DNA of 52,600 nucleotides from an uncultured Deinococcaceae bacterium (GTDB lineage Bacteria; Deinococcota; Deinococci; Deinococcales; Deinococcaceae): NCBI GenBank assembly GCA_964252075.1, contig CAXULY010000039.1, positions 1 to 52,600 of the forward strand, read 5' to 3'. Shown piece by piece: positions 28,977 to 38,341 of this stretch (position 1 is its first letter; each line of letters starts with the position of its first letter). The notes under the pieces were generated by a model. It saw only the letters and a program-made list of their open reading frames with translations, ran no database searches and was not told where the DNA came from. The position numbers and the translations under genes were made by a program.

Positions 28977-30257
28977 TCAGCAGACCGTGCACGCGTCGTC
29001 CGCGAGGGCGCGCGCGAAGTCATCCAGGGTGTGTTCGGCGGTGGCCCGCACGGCCTGCCTCAGCAGGTCCTCGGGCGTCACCTCTCCCCTCTCCAGTCGC
29101 GCGTGGAGCAGCTGTGAGGTGTGAGGTGTGAGGCGCCCCCCGAGCAGCAGCGTGACGGTCCGCAGGGCGCGTGCGCGCCGCTGCGCTGCACTCAGGCCCG
29201 CCCACTCCGCCGCCCGCGCGCGGTCTTGCTGCTCGGCTTGACGCTCGCGTTGCGCCTCGCTCCGCTCCTGCCGCTCGGCCAGCATCACCGGGTCCGGCCC
29301 CCCCACCGCCTTCGGGTACTTGCCGGTGTCGTCGCGGATGACGTCCACCAGCAGGGCCACGGGGTTGCGCGCCCGGTACCCCCCAGCCAGGATCGCCCGC
29401 CAGCGCTGCACGCGCTCCTCCACCCGCGGTGCACCGTAGCGTTCCAGGAGGCTTCGGGCTGGACCTGGAGCCATGCCGGTGCGCGTGAGGGCCGCGAGGA
29501 CCGCGGCGTCGAGCGCCGACGGGGTAGGGTGGGCGAAGGTGTAGGTGAGCGTTTGTCGCGCGCCCCGCCCTTCATACGTCACCGCCTGCAAATAACCGTG
29601 GGCGGTCAGGGGGGCGTGCGCGGCGTCCAGAAGGCGGCGGATTTTGGTGGACTTGCGGTCCGTGAGTTTGCAGACGTCCGCCCAGACCTGCAGGGGCACG
29701 GTGAAGCGCGGTTGATGTGGTGGGCGGTGAGCGTCCAGGAGGCGGAGCAACGCGCGGGCTTGCGGGCCGGGCAGGGAGGTCAGTTCGGCTTCGGCTGTCC
29801 GGTGGGGTGTGAGCAGGGGGCTGAGGCGCAACTCCACGTGTGCGCCGTGGTGGCTCAGGTCCTGGATCAGGCGGAAGGTCCGGCGCTCCGGGTGCGTGAG
29901 GGTGTAGGTGGTGGTGTGCAGGCGCTGCAGACCCGCACGCACGGCGCGGTAGTGGTGGCCGTCCGGGCGCAGGTGGGCGAGGGACAGCAGCTCGCCGATG
30001 GTGGTGCACAGGACGCCCGTCGGGGGTGGGTCCAGGGCGAGCAGGGCGTGGAGGAGGTCGTGGTCCAGGCCGTGCGGGACGCCGCCGTGGGTGGGGTCGG
30101 CGGTGCAGTGCAGCTGGCCGCTCACTCCGCCGAGCTGAACGGGAACGGTCCAGTGCGTGTGCGTGCGCGGCACGCGGACATGGAGGCTGATCAAACCGAG
30201 TTGAAGTGGGTTGATGGATGATTCAACGGGTGAGGGTGCATGGTTGGTGCTTGGCAC
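28977..30257 (-). CDS. repA: Plasmid replication initiator protein A (Deinococcus type)
   Basis: LGLISLHVRVP...GGVPHGLD, GLQRLHTTTY, ARALLRLLDAHR, KIRRLLDAAH and GYLQAVTYEGRG, with iteron-like repeats upstream. Confidence 0.78.
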   Translation of the reverse strand: MPSTNHAPSPVESSINPLQLGLISLHVRVPRTHTHWTVPVQLGGVSGQLHCTADPTHGGVPHGLDHDLLHALLALDPPPTGVLCTTIGELLSLAHLRPDGHHYRAVRAGLQRLHTTTYTLTHPERRTFRLIQDLSHHGAHVELRLSPLLTPHRTAEAELTSLPGPQARALLRLLDAHRPPHQPRFTVPLQVWADVCKLTDRKSTKIRRLLDAAHAPLTAHGYLQAVTYEGRGARQTLTYTFAHPTPSALDAAVLAALTRTGMAPGPARSLLERYGAPRVEERVQRWRAILAGGYRARNPVALLVDVIRDDTGKYPKAVGGPDPVMLAERQERSEAQRERQAEQQDRARAAEWAGLSAAQRRARALRTVTLLLGGRLTPHTSQLLHARLERGEVTPEDLLRQAVRATAEHTLDDFARALADDACTVC

Positions 30258-30390
30258 GTGTTGAACGTTAGCTCTGATGTGAAGAGAGAAGATGTTAGCA
30301 GTTAAATCAGTATCTCTTATAGATCATCATCATAGAGGAAGTTGAGATGCGTGCTGTGCGATGTTCGAGGGCCTCATTGGACCAAATTTG

Positions 30391-30552
30391 CCGAAATGGG
30401 CACCAAACCCGCCGAAGCGAGAGACCAGAAGCACCGAAGCGAACCATTGACAAAGGACCCAAGGCACCGACGTGAAAGGACCAAGCGCGCCGAAGCGAAG
30501 GACCGACGATGCCGAGCGCCGCACGCAACATGACCGAAGGTGCCGAAGGCGA
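30391..30552. repeat. Iteron-like repeats (CCGAAGCGA) upstream of repA; putative oriV
   Basis: CCGAAGCGA at 30412, 30434 and 30490, CCGACGTGA at 30467, and variants at 30391 and 30543. An AT-rich segment lies at 30265-30345. Confidence 0.7.
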
Positions 30553-30593
30553 AGGTGGAGTGGTCTGAGCGCCCGTCCACACTTCCGCTCACC

Positions 30594-31235
30594 TTAAGGC
30601 TCACGCCGGTTGGCCTTCGGACGTGCGGGTCGGCGGGAAGGATCAGGGGCGCCGTACATGGCCTGCTGTTGACGCCTGAGTTGTTCCGTGGCGCTGAGCG
30701 GCGGGTGCTGCTCGCGCGCCCCCATGCTGGGAGACGTCATTGATGCTTGGTCTGCCTGCGGTGCCGGTGCGTTCAGGGGCGGATCGGCCTGGATCAGAAT
30801 CGTGAGCATTGGTAGCAGCCTGCGCGAGCAGGACGGACACAGGTGCAACTCCCTGGGTTGGCGCAGGATCGCGTCCGAGCAGACGCCGCACAACTGTGGG
30901 ACGGCCGCCACGAGGGCCTCAGCGGCGCGCTCCTCGGCGGTCAGGCGTGACTGCAGCTGGTCCGCGCGTCGCGCTTGGCGCTGCGCCTCCGAGTGTTCCT
31001 GCACGAACCGCTGATCCTGCAACGCCTCCTCCTCCAGGAGGTCCGTCCATCGCTGGTCTTTGCTGTACCGCTCCAGGGTCCGCAGGCTCACCTGCTCACC
31101 CAGTGCTTGTAATCGTCGGTGCAGGGCGGGAAGGCTTCGCGGCTCATCCTGGATGCTGAGGAGCACCTGGAAGCACCGTGCCGCCTGGTGATCCCGCCTC
31201 GTTTTCATGGGGTGCGGGGTGGATGTCGGGGACAT
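30594..31235 (-). CDS. Hypothetical protein with HTH-like N-terminus and CxxC...CxxC motif
   Basis: Leaderless promoter TAGCGT-N6-ATG. LHRRLQALGEQVSLRTLERY is HTH-like; CGVC and CPSC follow. Confidence 0.65.
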   Translation of the reverse strand: MSPTSTPHPMKTRRDHQAARCFQVLLSIQDEPRSLPALHRRLQALGEQVSLRTLERYSKDQRWTDLLEEEALQDQRFVQEHSEAQRQARRADQLQSRLTAEERAAEALVAAVPQLCGVCSDAILRQPRELHLCPSCSRRLLPMLTILIQADPPLNAPAPQADQASMTSPSMGAREQHPPLSATEQLRRQQQAMYGAPDPSRRPARPKANRREP

Positions 31236-31416
31236 GAACGAACGCTAGCAGCATTTGTCGGCACTTGTCGCCGTCAGCGGCTCCATTTCGACGCACTTGT
31301 CACTTCTAAATAAGGGGGATTTCCTGTGGCGTTGAGCGAAATGGTCGCCGATCGGGGTTTTATGAGATCAAAATTAAGAAATTTCCTCATTTTACCCATA
31401 AAATCAAAGAGCTGCA

Positions 31417-31473
31417 CCGACATTCACCGACATTTACCGACACATCCCCGACATTCCCCGCCATTCCCCGACA
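31417..31473. repeat. Six phased ~10-bp direct repeats with a CCGACA core
   Basis: CCG(A/C)CA at 31417, 31427, 31437, 31448, 31458 and 31468. Inverted TGTCG(G/C) copies at 31224, 31256 and 31266. Confidence 0.85.
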
Positions 31474-31726
31474 CTTCTCCTCATGCTCTTCATAGGTTTC
31501 TTATTGACTCTCGTCGTTTTGGGAATCGAAGGGGAAGCCCAGGCATAGGCGACGGCCAGTGCGTTGGCCATCATTCACTTCTGCCTACTAAATGCCTTTC
31601 ACCAAGGCAATCCCGTGGAACAGCCTGCAGCGTAGGGCGTCAAGACCGCCAACTAAGGTTTGGCGAACTGTCAGGATCGCGACCCCAACAGGTGCGCGTC
31701 CGCCTCCCTTCTGCCAGAGTGAGGGC

Positions 31727-32584
31727 GTGACCCGCCACCTGATCCTGCCCTCCCCCGCCCTGAGCCCGCTGGTGCAGGCGTGCTGGCTGCTGGAGGAGGA
31801 CCACGTGCAGGCGGAGCAGCACGTCTTCCTGCCCGGCCAGCTGGCGCACCTCACCTTCTACGCGGGGCGCGGGTGGATGCTGGGTGGGAGCGGTCCGCTC
31901 ACGCCCGTGCCGGAAGTCACGCTGGAGGGGCTGTTCACGGCGCCCGCGCAGTTCATCGCGCGGGGGCGGGTGCGGGCGCTGCGCGTGGAGCTGTACCCGT
32001 GGGCGGCCCGGCAGCTCTTCGACTGGACGTACCCCGACCCGGCGCTGGACCTGCTGGCCGGTACGGCGGGCCAGGGGGCGGCGGGCGCGGCGCGGGCCAT
32101 CCGGGCGGCGCTGGCCGCCCGCGACGACGACGCGGCGCTGGGCCTGCTTGAGCGCTGGCTGCTCGCGCTCGCCTCCAACCGCGCGTGGACGGCGGGGGCG
32201 GGCGTGCAGGCCGCCGCTCGGCTCTACCACAGCGGCGGGCGGGGGCGGGTGGCGGAGCTGGCCGGTGACCTGGACGTGAGCGCGCGCACGCTGGAGCGCC
32301 AGTTCATGCGGGAGGTTGGCATCACCGCGAAGACGCTCGCGCGCCTGATTCGCTTCGAGACGGCGCACCGCACACTGACCGTGGAGCCGCGCACGCCGCT
32401 GGCGGCCCTCGCGTCCGACCTGGGGTTCTTCGACCAGATGCATCTGACGCGGGAGTTCCGCGCCCTCGGCGGCGTGACGCCCGGCACCTTCGCCCGGTTG
32501 AGCGCGGCGCAGCGCCGGGAAGGCAAGCGGCTCGACGTCGAGCGGCTCAACCCCCGCGTCCTGGTGCCCCAACTGCCCGAGTGA
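31727..32584 (+). CDS. AraC-family transcriptional regulator
   Basis: VAELAGDLDVSARTLERQF...GITAKTLARLIRF...LGFFDQMHLTREFR...GVTP. Confidence 0.9.
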   Translation: MTRHLILPSPALSPLVQACWLLEEDHVQAEQHVFLPGQLAHLTFYAGRGWMLGGSGPLTPVPEVTLEGLFTAPAQFIARGRVRALRVELYPWAARQLFDWTYPDPALDLLAGTAGQGAAGAARAIRAALAARDDDAALGLLERWLLALASNRAWTAGAGVQAAARLYHSGGRGRVAELAGDLDVSARTLERQFMREVGITAKTLARLIRFETAHRTLTVEPRTPLAALASDLGFFDQMHLTREFRALGGVTPGTFARLSAAQRREGKRLDVERLNPRVLVPQLPE

Positions 32585-32767
32585 CCCAGCGGCCGGAGGA
32601 CGATCAGCTCCACATGGCGGCTCGGGGAAACCGACACCACACGGTTGATATGGTATCCGCCGCGCTGCACTGGCGGATTCCCGGCTGTTCGTCGGGCGCC
32701 GTGGCCCTGTGTGCTCCTGTCGCGTTTTTGCTATCGTTCGCCGCCGCGCCGCGCCTACCCTGGCCGC

Positions 32768-34015
32768 ATGAGCGATCAGTTCTCCCCCACGCCACCGGCC
32801 CCAAAGCGTCCCCCCATCCTGTTCCTGATGTTCACCGCCTTTCTGTTCTCGATGGGCATCTCGCTGGTCTTCCCGGTGCTGCCCTTCGTGGTCGCGAAGT
32901 ACGTGCCGGACCTCCACCGTCAGGCCCTCGTGATCGGCTGGCTGGGCGCCAGCTACGCGCTGCTGAGTTTCCTCTTCTCACCGGTGCTCGGCGCACTCAG
33001 TGACGCCTACGGGCGCCGCCCGATCCTGCTGCTCACGCTCGTCGGGTCGGCCATCGGCTACCTGCTGTTCGGCATCGGGGGCAGCCTGTTCATGCTCTTC
33101 CTGGGGCGCAGCATCGACGGCCTCACCGCGGGCGGGCTGAGCGCGCTCTTCGGGTACGTGGCGGACACCACCCCCGAGGGGGAGCGCGGGAAGGTCTTCG
33201 GGCAGATCGGCGCCACCATCGGCGCGGGGTTCATCATCGGCCCGGCCATCGGCGGGCTGCTCGCGCACCTGGGCCTGAGCGCGCCCTTCTACGCCGCGGC
33301 CGCCATCAGCGTGCTGAACCTGCTGTGGGGCTCGTTGATCCTGCCGGAGAGCCTGCCGGTGTCGCAGCGCAGTCGGCACTTCGACGCCGCGCACCTCAAC
33401 CCGCTCGTCCAGCTCCGGGGCGTGCTGGCGTACCCGGCGGTGCGGCGCCTCATCACGGTGAGCATGCTGTTCATCCTGCCCTTCTCGCTGATGCAGGTCG
33501 TGCTGTCACTGCTGGGCCGCGACGCCCTCGGGTGGGGGCCGGGGCAGGTCAGCACGCTGTTCATCGCGGTGGGCGTATGCGACATCGTGGGGCAGGGCCT
33601 GCTGCTGCCGTCCCTGCTGAAGTGGTGGGGTGAGCGCGGCGTCACCCGCCTGGGCCTCAGCATGGGCGTCGTCGGGATGGCCGTGATCGCGCTGGTGCCG
33701 CTCTTCCACCTCGCGCCGCTGCTGTACCTGGGTGTGGTGACGTTCTCGCTGGGCGAGGGCATCTTCAACGCCTCGCTCTCCTCACTGCTCTCCGCGGCCG
33801 CCCCCTCGGGCGCGCAGGGGCAGGTGCAGGGCGGCGCGAAGGGCTTCCAGTCGCTGGCGCAGGTGGCGGGGCCGCTCGCGGGCGGCGCCGTGTATGGGCG
33901 CTTCGGCGGCACAGCGACCTTCGCAGTGGGCGCGGCCGTGGTCGCGGTGGCGCTCGCCACCCTGACCAGCCTGCGCCTGCCCGCCCCGGAGCTGAGCGGC
34001 AAAGCGGCCGACTGA
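32768..34015 (+). CDS. MFS drug efflux transporter (TetA/DHA1-like)
   Basis: Motif [12 protein letters not shown], motif [11 protein letters not shown] and about 12 hydrophobic segments. Leaderless TACCCT-N6-ATG. Confidence 0.92.
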   Translation: MSDQFSPTPPAPKRPPILFLMFTAFLFSMGISLVFPVLPFVVAKYVPDLHRQALVIGWLGASYALLSFLFSPVLGALSDAYGRRPILLLTLVGSAIGYLLFGIGGSLFMLFLGRSIDGLTAGGLSALFGYVADTTPEGERGKVFGQIGATIGAGFIIGPAIGGLLAHLGLSAPFYAAAAISVLNLLWGSLILPESLPVSQRSRHFDAAHLNPLVQLRGVLAYPAVRRLITVSMLFILPFSLMQVVLSLLGRDALGWGPGQVSTLFIAVGVCDIVGQGLLLPSLLKWWGERGVTRLGLSMGVVGMAVIALVPLFHLAPLLYLGVVTFSLGEGIFNASLSSLLSAAAPSGAQGQVQGGAKGFQSLAQVAGPLAGGAVYGRFGGTATFAVGAAVVAVALATLTSLRLPAPELSGKAAD

Positions 34016-34868
34016 AGGCGCTGGGTGGGATGGGGCGGAGCTGAATTGTTCCGCCCGCTTCACGCGCACCGTGTAGAGATCTGTGAAACACCCGTGGTGG
34101 TCCTCGCGAAGGTGCTGGAGGCAAATCGCGAATTCTACACACCCTATAGTTCCTGGGCGCCCCGGCCTTGACACGTCGGGTTTTGAAGGACCAGGGCATA
34201 CCCACCGTGGCGTGTGCCGCCCATCATGCCCCACGCCGCGACTTCTGGCACCGGTGGTGAGATGCGAGCGAAGGTGGTCTCGCACCACGCGCAGTCGCTC
34301 CCGCGCGTGGTGCGGGGCGGGCGCATGACCATAAGGAGAGCCAGATCCCATTTTGCGCTGGCCGGAGGCGTTGCGTTCCGAGGCGTGGTGGTATTGGGCG
34401 TTGTATGCATGCGGTGCGGGCCGTTGAGTCGCGCGTCGGTGGCGGCTGTGGTGGCGTTCCTTGATGGGCCCTCAGGCAAGGCGTTCCATTGGTTTTGAAG
34501 GCGCGCGATGTCCTGGTGGTCCCTGACGGGCTTCCCTCCACTTCCAGAGGAGGGAAGCCCGTCAGGGTGTGTTCGGTGGTGGACCGCACAGTCGGCCTCA
34601 CCACTTCCTCGGGCGTGCCTTCTTCCCTCGTCAACTGCGCCCATGGGGATCGTCCAGGAGAGCGCCGCCCACGCAGCGACGTGACGGACAGCACGGCACC
34701 TTCTCGGACGGGCCTGCACGGTCCAATCAGCCATCGGGATTTCTTGTTGAGCTCACACCTGCCTGACGGCTCCTCAAGTAACCTTCACGTAACGACCATG
34801 ATGGTTCTCCCATCCACGCTCCCAGTGCCCTGCGCCGCGTTCGGCCCGCGCGCCAAAGGGCGGCTGAC

Positions 34869-37841
34869 GTGACCGCCACGCTGTTCCTGCTCGGATCACC
34901 CCACCTCGAGTTGGACGGGCGAACCGTTCCCTGGCGGGGGGACCGGCGCTATCAGCTCCTCACGTACCTGGCGTACCAGGCGCAATGGGTGGACCGCTCG
35001 CAGCTGCAGTTCCTGTTCTGGCCGGACCATCCGCCGCAGGACGCGCGCGCCAACCTCCGCCAATTGCTCGCCCGCGTGCGCCTCTTGAACCTGCCCTGGC
35101 TGGAGGTGCAGGCGGGACGCGCGCGCTGGCGGGTGGAGACCGACGTGCAGCGCTTTGACCTGGCGGTGCGTGCGGGCGACTGGTCGGAGGCGCTCGCTGC
35201 ATACGGCGGGCCGCTGCTGTCGGGACGGACCGGGGACGCTCCAGGGGAGTGGCGGATTTGGCTGGAGCGTGAGCGCGTCCGTCAGCATGGGGTGTGGCGG
35301 CGTGCGTGCCTGCGCGCCGCCCAGGATCTGGCAGCGCGCGGCGCGTATCTGGAAGCCGCCGACCTGCTGGAGCCTCTGCTGGCGGACGCGGACCTGGATG
35401 AGGAGGTGCTGCGGGTGCAGGTGGGCGCCCTGCTGCGCGCGGGCGGATGGGTGCGGGCGAGGCGCAGCGCCGCGCGCTTCGTGGAGCGGCAGCGCGACGA
35501 GTACGGGCTGGAGCCCAGCGCAGAACTCCTCGCGCTGCTGGGGCGCCTCAAGCGGCAGGAGGCGCCCCAGGCTAAACCTCCAGATCCAGTCGCCAAGGCC
35601 ACCCCCACGACCTTCATCGGGCGTGACCTGGAGTTGGCGGAGGTGGATCGCCTGCTCACCCGATCGGACGTGCGGCTGCTCACCATCACAGGGCCGGGCG
35701 GCATCGGAAAGACGCGCCTCGCCCTGCACATCGCGCGTCAGTGGGCGGACCGCTTTGCGGACGGAGTGGTCGTGGTTTTCCTGGCGGCACTGTCCGACCC
35801 GGCGCACATCACTGGTCGCTTGGCCGACCAGCTGGGGTTGCGCCTCCAGGGTCGGGAAGACCCCATCGGGGAGGTGATCCGCCACATCGGGGCGCGTGAG
35901 CTGCTGCTGGTGCTCGACAACCACGAGCACCTCCTTGAGGGTGTGGAGGTCGCGGAGCGGCTCCTGTGGGCGTGCGCGCACCTGCGCCTGCTGGTCACGT
36001 CGCGTCAGCGCCTGGGGCTGCAGGGGGAGTGGCTGCTGCCGCTGACGGGCCTGGACCACCCGAACGCCGCGCAGGTGGGTCCGGTGGACGGGCGCCAGTT
36101 CGACGCGGTGCAGCTCTTCACGGAGCGGGCGCGGCGCGTCCAGCCCAACTTTTGGGTGACGGACGGCGACCTGCCCGCCCTGTTCGAGCTGACGCGGCTG
36201 GTGGAGGGCTCGCCGCTGGCGCTGGAGCTCGCGGCCGTCTGGACGCGCGCCTTGACGCTCTCCGACATCCTGCGCGAACTGCAGGTGAACCTGGACTTCC
36301 TGACGGTCGAGCGGGGGGCGGAACGGCGGCACCGCAGCCTGCGGGCTGTGTTCGAGCACTCCTGGCGCCTGCTCAGCCCGGCGCTGCAGGGCCACCTGCG
36401 TCGGCTCGCGGTGTTCCGGGGGGGCTTCCGGCTGGAGGCGGCGCGGGCGGTCGCGGCGGCCACGCCCGCCGCACTCGCGGCGCTGGTGGACGCCTCACTG
36501 CTGCGGTTGAATCCCGACGGGAGCCACGACCTGCACGCGCTGCTGCACCAGTACGCCGCGGAAAAGCTGGCCGAGGACCCGCTGGAGCGGGCCGAGACCG
36601 AGGCGCGGCACGCCCAGTACCACCTGGGACAGCTCAGCGCGGACGCGGGCAGAGGCGAGTCGGTACCGGACGCGGACGTCGAGAACCTGCGCGCCGCGTG
36701 GCGCCACGCGGCGCGCCACCAGCGGACCCACGACCTGCGGCGGGCGGCTTTGCCCCTCCAGCGGCTGTTCTGCCACCGCGCGCGGTTCGCGGAGGGCCAC
36801 GCGCTGCTCGGCGAGGCGCTGGCCGTGCTGGACGCCACGCCGCCGCCCGATACGGCGGCGCTGGGGTGCGTGCTGATCGGGCAGGCGTGGTGCGCGCTGC
36901 GCCTCGGCCGCTACACAGAAGCGCGCGCGCTGGGAGTGCGGGGCCTGGGCCTCGTGCCGCCTGACGGCTCCGAGGCGGTCTCCGGCCTGGGGGCGCTCGC
37001 CTCCATCGTTGAGCGGCTGGGCGACTTTCAAGGGGCGACCCGGTTGTTCACCCAGGTGCGCGACATCGCCCGCAGGGGAGGCCTGGAGCGTGAGGAGGCC
37101 ACCGCGCTGTTCAACCTGGCGAACGTGGCGAATACCTGCGGTGACCACGAGCGCGCCGAGCGTCACGCGGGCCGGATGGTCGCCCTGTGTGAGCGGATGG
37201 GCAGCGGCAGCCCACTGGTGCCCGCGCTGGAGCTCCTGGGGTACATCGCGCTGTGCCGCGGCCGGACCGCGAAGGCGCGGGCGACCCTCGAACACGCGCT
37301 CACCCTCGCCCGGACGTCGGGGCAGGCGCAGCGCCTGCCGGACATCCTGCTGCACCTCGCGGAGGTGGCGCTGGAAGACGGACAGGCGACGGAGGCCTTG
37401 CGCCGGGCGGAAGAGGGCCTCGCCACGGCGCGGGCGCATGATTTTCCCTCCATGGAGAGCGCTGCGCTCGCGCTGCTGGGACGCATTCACGCCGCCCTGG
37501 GGGACGACGGGCAGGCGCGCGACTGCCTGCGCCTGGGCCTGCGCCTCGCCCGCGAGCACCGCGAGGCGCCCAGCGTGCTGCTGGGCCTGTTCTCGGTGGC
37601 CGAGTGGCGGCTCGGCCGCGACCCCGCACGCGCCGCCGACCTGCTCCTCAGCGTTGAGCGGCATCCCGCCGCCTACCACCGCCTCCGGGAGATGGCCCGG
37701 CAGCTCCGGGGCGGCCTGAAGGCCGAAGCCGCCGGGCCGGTCGGTGGCCCTGCCCGGACGGACGCGCTGGACACCTGGGTGGATGCGGTGCTGGCCGACC
37801 TGGACGCCGACACCTGGCGGCACGGTTCGCCCCAGCGTTAG
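34869..37841 (+). CDS. AfsR-like SARP/BTAD + NB-ARC (STAND) + TPR regulator
   Basis: LFLLGSPHL...LLTYLAY, BTAD, GPGGIGKT, LLVLDNHEH, GSPLALELAA, LHALL and a TPR tail. Confidence 0.9.
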   Translation: MTATLFLLGSPHLELDGRTVPWRGDRRYQLLTYLAYQAQWVDRSQLQFLFWPDHPPQDARANLRQLLARVRLLNLPWLEVQAGRARWRVETDVQRFDLAVRAGDWSEALAAYGGPLLSGRTGDAPGEWRIWLERERVRQHGVWRRACLRAAQDLAARGAYLEAADLLEPLLADADLDEEVLRVQVGALLRAGGWVRARRSAARFVERQRDEYGLEPSAELLALLGRLKRQEAPQAKPPDPVAKATPTTFIGRDLELAEVDRLLTRSDVRLLTITGPGGIGKTRLALHIARQWADRFADGVVVVFLAALSDPAHITGRLADQLGLRLQGREDPIGEVIRHIGARELLLVLDNHEHLLEGVEVAERLLWACAHLRLLVTSRQRLGLQGEWLLPLTGLDHPNAAQVGPVDGRQFDAVQLFTERARRVQPNFWVTDGDLPALFELTRLVEGSPLALELAAVWTRALTLSDILRELQVNLDFLTVERGAERRHRSLRAVFEHSWRLLSPALQGHLRRLAVFRGGFRLEAARAVAAATPAALAALVDASLLRLNPDGSHDLHALLHQYAAEKLAEDPLERAETEARHAQYHLGQLSADAGRGESVPDADVENLRAAWRHAARHQRTHDLRRAALPLQRLFCHRARFAEGHALLGEALAVLDATPPPDTAALGCVLIGQAWCALRLGRYTEARALGVRGLGLVPPDGSEAVSGLGALASIVERLGDFQGATRLFTQVRDIARRGGLEREEATALFNLANVANTCGDHERAERHAGRMVALCERMGSGSPLVPALELLGYIALCRGRTAKARATLEHALTLARTSGQAQRLPDILLHLAEVALEDGQATEALRRAEEGLATARAHDFPSMESAALALLGRIHAALGDDGQARDCLRLGLRLAREHREAPSVLLGLFSVAEWRLGRDPARAADLLLSVERHPAAYHRLREMARQLRGGLKAEAAGPVGGPARTDALDTWVDAVLADLDADTWRHGSPQR

Positions 37842-37906
37842 CCCGCGAGGCCGCCCTTGGGTGGCCCGCAGGCGTGACGTGAACCCCCCATCGGTGTGAT
37901 GCCGCA

Positions 37907-37938
37907 TCACGGGCCTGTCACGTTCCTTCGTGCACCTT
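37907..37938 (+). promoter_or_regulatory. Putative SARP-type direct-repeat operator + -10
   Basis: TCACG-ggcctg-TCACG-N10-CACCTT upstream of the 38-44 kb operon. Confidence 0.62.
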
Positions 37939-37993
37939 GAGTCAGGTGTGGTTGAGCGTGAGGCGCAGCCCACCGGTCTGGAGGTGGTTCTGT

Positions 37994-38341
37994 CTGTACG
38001 CACGGGTGGTGACGGTCCAGATTCGACCCCACAAGACCGACGGCACCATCGAGATCTTTCGCGACCTGCTGCCCTTGATGCGCGAGCAGGCGGGATTCCG
38101 AGGCGCCCAATTGCTGGCGGACGCCGCGTCGGGCCGGGGCCAGATGACCACCCTGTGGGAGAGCGAGGCGCACATGACCGCGAACGAGGCGAGCGGCTGG
38201 TTCCGCGAGCAGATCACGCACTTCCAGCCGGTGCTGTGCGCCCCCCCGAGCGCCGAGCGCTACGAGGTGCACATGATGCTGGACGCGCGCGCCGGGGACG
38301 ACGAGGAACTGGGGCATGAAGGGGGAATCCATGAACGCTGA
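37994..38341 (+). CDS. Antibiotic-biosynthesis-monooxygenase-like (dimeric alpha/beta barrel) protein
   Basis: YARVVTVQIRP...EQAGFRG...TLWESE...ERYEV. GGAGG lies 9 nt before CTG-TAC-GCA; the start is uncertain. Confidence 0.7.
   Translation: MYARVVTVQIRPHKTDGTIEIFRDLLPLMREQAGFRGAQLLADAASGRGQMTTLWESEAHMTANEASGWFREQITHFQPVLCAPPSAERYEVHMMLDARAGDDEELGHEGGIHER

Noticed and set aside
31417..31473. Repeat arrays here and at 30391-30552 as possible CRISPR
   Set aside because: The units are only 9-11 bp, there are no unique 30-40 bp spacers, and no cas genes are present.
34071..34734. GTGTAGA...TCTACAC inverted pair, a GTAAC 11-bp-period repeat near 34778-34793, and short minus-strand ORFs
   Set aside because: The inverted repeat is only 7 bp, no -10 lies at the expected offset from the GTAAC repeat, and the ORFs lack recognisable motifs.
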